NCBI GenBank assembly: GCA_043786595.1
Contig: JAYVVW010000167.1
Location: forward strand, 1-58,818
Direction of reading: 5' to 3'
DNA: 58,818 nucleotides
Source: Sphingomonadales bacterium
GTDB taxonomy: Bacteria; Pseudomonadota; Alphaproteobacteria; Sphingomonadales; Sphingomonadaceae
The notes under the pieces were generated by a model. It did no database searches. It was not told the DNA's origin and saw nothing but the letters and a program-made list of their open reading frames with translations. The position numbers were made by a program, and so were the translations under genes. This document shows, piece by piece, positions 54,155 through 58,818 of the stretch. The number at the start of each line of letters is the position of its first letter. The stretch's first letter is position 1.

Positions 54155-54829
54155 TCAATAGCGACGGAGCAAGCCCGCAAGCTTACCCTGAACGCGCACT
54201 TGTCCGGGGTTATAGCGTTGTGGTTCGTAAGCGCGGTTGGCAGGGTCGAGCCGCACCATTGATCCCTCGCGGCGGAAATATTTGAGCGTCGCATCATTAT
54301 CATCGACGAGCGCAACGACGATTTCGCCCTCACGCGCCGAGTCGGCTTTCCTGATCAGCGCATAATCGCCATCGAGAATGCCCGCTTCGACCATCGAGTC
54401 GCCCGATACTTCGAGTGCGAAATGTTCACCCGCGCCGAGCAGTGCCGCCGGAACCGCCAGCATATTCTGACCCTCAATCGCTTCGATCGGCGCACCGGCC
54501 GCGATCCGGCCATGCATCGGAATTTCAAGGACATCGTTGGCAGGAAGCGACGAGCGCGGGCGCGGCGCGAGATTGACGAGGTTCGAAGTCGGCACCAGCT
54601 TTCGCTCAGCGCCGCGTTCGGGCATCCGGATCACTTCAAGCGCACGGGCACGGTTGGGCAGACGGCGGATAAACTCGCGTTCTTCAAGCGCCGACACCAA
54701 GCGGTGGACACCAGATTTTGACTTGAGCGCGAGCGCGTCCTTCATTTCCTCAAACGAGGGCGATACTCCCGTTTCGGCAAGCCGGTCGTGGATGAAGCAA
54801 ATCAGCTCATGTTGTTTGCGCGTCAGCAT
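54155..54829 (-). CDS. lexA: SOS repressor LexA
   Basis: PSFEEM HTH, IAAG cleavage site, GDSM, ATLK. Confidence 0.97.
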   Translation of the reverse strand: MLTRKQHELICFIHDRLAETGVSPSFEEMKDALALKSKSGVHRLVSALEEREFIRRLPNRARALEVIRMPERGAERKLVPTSNLVNLAPRPRSSLPANDVLEIPMHGRIAAGAPIEAIEGQNMLAVPAALLGAGEHFALEVSGDSMVEAGILDGDYALIRKADSAREGEIVVALVDDNDATLKYFRREGSMVRLDPANRAYEPQRYNPGQVRVQGKLAGLLRRY

Positions 54830-54845
54830 TTCAAAACCCTTCCTA

Positions 54846-54888
54846 GAACGAATTTCGAACGCTTAAGCAACAATTCAGAACATGTCAA
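54846..54888 (-). promoter_or_regulatory. lexA promoter with an alphaproteobacterial SOS box
   Basis: GAAC-N7-GAAC at 54846-54860 plus CAAC a further N7 away; minus-strand TTGACA at 54888-54883. Confidence 0.8.
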
Positions 54889-56060
54889 GCGATTGTTATT
54901 ATGTTCACGGTATCGGCTATGTTTGCGCTTGGCGAGCCGGCTGGCCTGACGATCAAGCACGTCGCCGCCGCGAGTGCGCCAAGCATCGCGCTGTCATTCT
55001 GGCCAATCGGGCGGACGCGCCCGTCGATCATCCGTGCGCGAATATGATCGGTGCGCGCACCCACGGCGGGAAGCGGCGCGCCAAGGATCGCCTGCGTCTG
55101 GATCGGGCGGGGGTTCGGATCGCCCGACAGCTTTGCGACAAGCGGCCCAAGCAGCAGCAGCGCGGTTACAAACGCTGATACCGGGTTTCCGGGCAGGCCG
55201 AGTACGATTGATCCGCGCAGTGTTCCCGCCATGACGGGCTTTCCGGGCCGCATCGCTATTTTCCAGAACGCAATGTCGGCACCTGTCGCGATGAGTGCGG
55301 GGCGAACCAGGTCGTGATCGCCCACCGACGCGCCGCCGATCGTGACGATGACGTCTGCGCCCGACGCGGCGTTGATGGCTGCGATGGTCGCGTCGAGTTG
55401 GTCGGGGATCAACCCGAGATCGTGGATGGTCGCCCCCATTCTGCGCATCATCGCCGCGATCATTACCCCGTTCGAGGCTGGAATATGATCATCGTCGTTC
55501 GGCGCGCCGGGGGGGACGAGTTCGTCGCCGGTCGAAAGGATTGCGACCTTGACCGCCCGCCTAACCGCGAGTGTGCCATAGCCCGCCATTGCAGCAAGCG
55601 CGATGCTGCGCGGATCGAGCCGCGCGCCCGCAGTGAGCAAAACATCGCCCGATGAAAAGTCTGATCCGGCCTTGCGGATATGCGCACCGGCGGTCGGCGC
55701 GATGCCGGATGCAAGGCGGATCGAGTCGCCATCGCGCACGGTGTTTTCCTGCATGCATACGCTGTCGCAACCAACCGGCACGACCGCACCGGTAAAAATG
55801 CGGACTGCCTCACCGTGCCCTAGCGTGCCAGGAAATTGCTTTCCGGCAAGCGATTCGCCGATCACCCGCCATTTGTCGGTGCCGTCCAAAGCCACCGCAT
55901 AGCCGTCCATCGCTGAGAGATTGCGGGCAGGCTGCGTCCGTTTGGCGATCAAGTCCTCGGCGATCCAGCGCCCGTCGGCTACGTCAAGTGTGACATGTTC
56001 GCAAGCAACCGGCACTGCCAACGCCAGCAACTGTTCCTGCGCAGCGTCTAGGCTGATCAT
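54885..56060 (-). CDS. moeA: Molybdopterin molybdotransferase
   Basis: SAMDGYA, STGDEL, RPGKP, LPGNPVS. Confidence 0.94.
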   Translation of the reverse strand: MISLDAAQEQLLALAVPVACEHVTLDVADGRWIAEDLIAKRTQPARNLSAMDGYAVALDGTDKWRVIGESLAGKQFPGTLGHGEAVRIFTGAVVPVGCDSVCMQENTVRDGDSIRLASGIAPTAGAHIRKAGSDFSSGDVLLTAGARLDPRSIALAAMAGYGTLAVRRAVKVAILSTGDELVPPGAPNDDDHIPASNGVMIAAMMRRMGATIHDLGLIPDQLDATIAAINAASGADVIVTIGGASVGDHDLVRPALIATGADIAFWKIAMRPGKPVMAGTLRGSIVLGLPGNPVSAFVTALLLLGPLVAKLSGDPNPRPIQTQAILGAPLPAVGARTDHIRARMIDGRVRPIGQNDSAMLGALAAATCLIVRPAGSPSANIADTVNIITIA

Positions 56061-56530
56061 AGCTCACGCTGCCAATCGCCCGATTTCCCCCCAGTCTTGC
56101 GGAGCAGACGGACGTTGCCGATGATCATCGCCTTGTCGATGGCCTTGGCCATGTCGTAAATCGTGAGCAGCGCGACGGTGACCGCAGTGAGCGATTCCAT
56201 CTCGACGCCGGTTTGACCGCTTGAGGTGGCGGTCACTTCAACGTCGATAGCCGTTTCCCCGATTGCGAATTCGACTGTGACGGCGCTGAGCGTAACGGGA
56301 TGGCACAGCGGGATGAGCGCGCTCGTCTGCTTTGCGGCCATGATCGCGGCAATCCGCGCGACGGCGATCACATCGCCCTTGGTCGCGCTACCATCACGGA
56401 CGGCATCGATTGCCGCGTGTGACATGCTGATTGATCCGCCTGCGATTGCAACGCGCACTGTAACCGCCTTTGCCGATACATCGACCATGTGCGCCGCACC
56501 GCGTTCGTCAAGGTGGGTCAGCTTGGTCAT
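56057..56530 (-). CDS. moaC: Cyclic pyranopterin monophosphate synthase
   Basis: LTH..MVDVS.K, LIPLCHP, TGVEME, KTGGKSG. Confidence 0.96.
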   Translation of the reverse strand: MTKLTHLDERGAAHMVDVSAKAVTVRVAIAGGSISMSHAAIDAVRDGSATKGDVIAVARIAAIMAAKQTSALIPLCHPVTLSAVTVEFAIGETAIDVEVTATSSGQTGVEMESLTAVTVALLTIYDMAKAIDKAMIIGNVRLLRKTGGKSGDWQREL

Positions 56531-57318
56531 GCGCCGGTCAGCAGCCGCCGCGTCGCGCGTTCGACGTCATCACAGCGCATCAGGCTTTCACCAACAAGAA
56601 AACAGCGCACCCCGCGCGCCGCCATTGCCAAAAGATCGGCGTGCGCACCCAATCCGCTTTCCGCAACGAAGGTGCATCCCGGCGGCGCGTGGTCGATCAA
56701 CTCATAAGTGCGCGCGAAATCGACGCTGAAATCCTTGAGGTTGCGGTTGTTGACGCCGATTAACCGCGATTTGAGTCGCAGCGCACGGTCAAGCTCGGCG
56801 CGGTCATGCGTTTCAACCAGAACATCCATGCCCAAAGCAATTGCGGCGTCTTCGATTTCAACCATCTGCCTGTCATCAAGTGCAGCAACGATGATCAGGA
56901 TCGCATCCGCGCCGATGCTGCGCGCCTCATGCACCTGCCACGGATCGACCATGAAATCTTTGCGCAGGACTGGGATGGAACAGGCTGCGCGCGCCGCGAT
57001 CAGATAATCCTCATGCCCCTGAAAATAGGGCGCGTCGGTCAAAACCGAAAGGCACGCGGCACCACCCGCCTGATAGGCGGCGGCATGTGCGGCGGGATCA
57101 AAGTCGGCGCGAATCAGGCCTTTCGACGGGCTGGCTTTTTTCACCTCGGCAATCAGGCCAAATCCGTGTGTGGCTTTCGCGTCGAGCGCTGTACGAAACC
57201 CGCGTGGTGGTGTTTGCGCTGCGGCGAGACGATCAAGATCGCCAATCGACGCTCGCGTTTTGCGGCGCGCGACTTCGGCGGCGGTTGTTGCGCAGATTTC
57301 GGTCAGTTTGTCGGCCAT
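56527..57318 (-). CDS. trpC: Indole-3-glycerol phosphate synthase
   Basis: [28 protein letters not shown]. Confidence 0.96.
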   Translation of the reverse strand: MADKLTEICATTAAEVARRKTRASIGDLDRLAAAQTPPRGFRTALDAKATHGFGLIAEVKKASPSKGLIRADFDPAAHAAAYQAGGAACLSVLTDAPYFQGHEDYLIAARAACSIPVLRKDFMVDPWQVHEARSIGADAILIIVAALDDRQMVEIEDAAIALGMDVLVETHDRAELDRALRLKSRLIGVNNRNLKDFSVDFARTYELIDHAPPGCTFVAESGLGAHADLLAMAARGVRCFLVGESLMRCDDVERATRRLLTGA

Positions 57319-58268
57319 CAATAGGCTATCCAGCAGTCGAGCAATGCTTTGGCAAGCCCCCGGTCAATCGCTTCGGCGGCTTCTTCAACACCCGACTGCC
57401 AGTCGGTCGCGCGACCGGCGACGATGAGTGCTCCAGCAGCGTTGAGGAGGACAGCGTCGCGGTATGCCCCCGCTTCGCCACCGACCATGCGTCGCAGTGC
57501 TGCCGCGTTGTAGGTTGGGTTGCCGCCCGCAATGGCGTTGAGCGGAAAAAGGCTTAGGCCGGCCGCCATGGGTTCGATCTGTTGAGCGCATTCAAATCCA
57601 ATTGACATGATTTGAGTGGGGCCAGCGATGCTCATTTCATCAAGCCCCTCATCGCCCGACACGATCATCGCGCGCGCGGCGCCAAGCTGTTCAAGCGCGT
57701 CGGCGTAAATCGGGATCAGCGAAGGTGAGGGTACGCCGATCAACTGGCGCTCGACCCCTGCGGGGTTAGCGAGCGGGCCGATCAGGTTGAAGATTGTTCG
57801 TCGTCCAAGCGCTTTGCGGATCGGCGCGATTCGCGCGAGCGCCGGGTGATATTTTTGCGCGAACAGGAAGCAGATGCCAAGATCGGCCAAAGTTGCTTCG
57901 GCAGTCTGCGTCGCCCGGTCAAGATTGAGGCCAAGCGCTTCGAGTGTATCCGCGCCGCCCGCCTTCGATGACGCCGCACGGTTGCCGTGCTTGGCGACAG
58001 GCACTTCACACGCGGCAACGACGATCGCGACCGCCGTTGACACGTTGAGGCTATGCTGCCCGTCGCCGCCGGTACCGCATACGTCAATCGCACCTTGAGA
58101 GGCGTTCACCCCGATCATCCGCGCGCGCATCGCCCGCACCGCGCCGACGATGTCATCCGCGCTCTCGCCGCGGTCGGCGATTTCGGTCAGCGTTGCCGCA
58201 ATCTCGCCATCTGACATCGCGCCGTCGAGCATCGCGCCGAACAGCGCCTCGGATTGATCGGCGGTCAC
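57318..58268 (-). CDS. trpD: Anthranilate phosphoribosyltransferase
   Basis: GTGGDG..NVST, KHGNR, GLDE. Confidence 0.96.
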   Translation of the reverse strand: MTADQSEALFGAMLDGAMSDGEIAATLTEIADRGESADDIVGAVRAMRARMIGVNASQGAIDVCGTGGDGQHSLNVSTAVAIVVAACEVPVAKHGNRAASSKAGGADTLEALGLNLDRATQTAEATLADLGICFLFAQKYHPALARIAPIRKALGRRTIFNLIGPLANPAGVERQLIGVPSPSLIPIYADALEQLGAARAMIVSGDEGLDEMSIAGPTQIMSIGFECAQQIEPMAAGLSLFPLNAIAGGNPTYNAAALRRMVGGEAGAYRDAVLLNAAGALIVAGRATDWQSGVEEAAEAIDRGLAKALLDCWIAY

Positions 58269-58818
58269 ACCCGGTCCTTCACAACCATGCCCGCAATTTT
58301 CATGAAATTGGCGAGCAGCGCGTGGCCGTGTTCGGTCGCGATGCTTTCGGGGTGAAACTGAACGCTGTGGACCGGCAGCGCCGCGTGACGAAATCCCATG
58401 ACGTGGCCGTCGTCGCTCGTCGCGTTGACGATCAGGCTGGCCGGAACGTCATCGACAATCAGGCTGTGATAGCGCGTCGCCTTGAACGGCGAGGGCAGGC
58501 CTGCAAACATCCCGCTGCCGTCGTGGCTGACGGGCGAGGTCTTGCCGTGCATCAATCCGCCGCGCACGACTTTGCCGCCGAAATGCTGGCCAATCGCCTG
58601 ATGCCCCAGACATACGCCGAGCAGTGGACGGCGGGCCTCGGCGCAGGCCCCAACGAGATCAAGCGAGATGCCAGCCTGGTCAGGCGTACACGGCCCCGGC
58701 GAAATCAAAAACGCCTCCGCCCCCGATGACATCGCCTGACCCACGCCAATCGCGTCGTTGCGAACGACTTCGACTTCAGCGCCAAGCTCCATCAGATAAT
58801 GGACGAGGTTCCAGGTGA
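58265..58818 (-). CDS. trpG: Anthranilate synthase component II (5' end outside the window)
   Basis: TWNLVHYL, SPGP, GVCLGHQ, QFHPES. Confidence 0.94.
   Translation of the reverse strand, partial: TWNLVHYLMELGAEVEVVRNDAIGVGQAMSSGAEAFLISPGPCTPDQAGISLDLVGACAEARRPLLGVCLGHQAIGQHFGGKVVRGGLMHGKTSPVSHDGSGMFAGLPSPFKATRYHSLIVDDVPASLIVNATSDDGHVMGFRHAALPVHSVQFHPESIATEHGHALLANFMKIAGMVVKDRV

Overview
This looks like chromosomal DNA from an alphaproteobacterium, most likely a sphingomonad (inferred from gene order and protein sequences). Most of it is housekeeping: rarA, tRNA-Asp, thiE-fba-pgk-gap-tkt, zapA-6S RNA-5-FCL, efp, suhB, a complete nuoA-N operon, birA-coaX-rnj, a TipN-like/Hpt/kinase-like cluster, gltA-gltX, comEC, lexA, moeA-moaC and trpCDG. 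Two regions stand out. (1) A four-gene secreted-protein operon (3435-11223) whose DUF11-like domains appear split into an N-terminal 'NTAT' donor segment and a C-terminal acceptor domain, next to an acceptor-only protein and a large beta-barrel protein with the same donor segment. I infer a donor-strand, possibly isopeptide-crosslinked, surface fibre. (2) The nuoD-nuoJ stretch behaves like a cassette array. Unrelated cargo ORFs sit between core genes, often with overlapping start/stop codons, alongside decayed copies of nuo gene ends, three families of palindromic repeat, and a G/T-upstream, C/A-downstream codon asymmetry around the junctions. No integrase or transposase is recognisable in the window. 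All calls come from reading the sequence; no searches were run.
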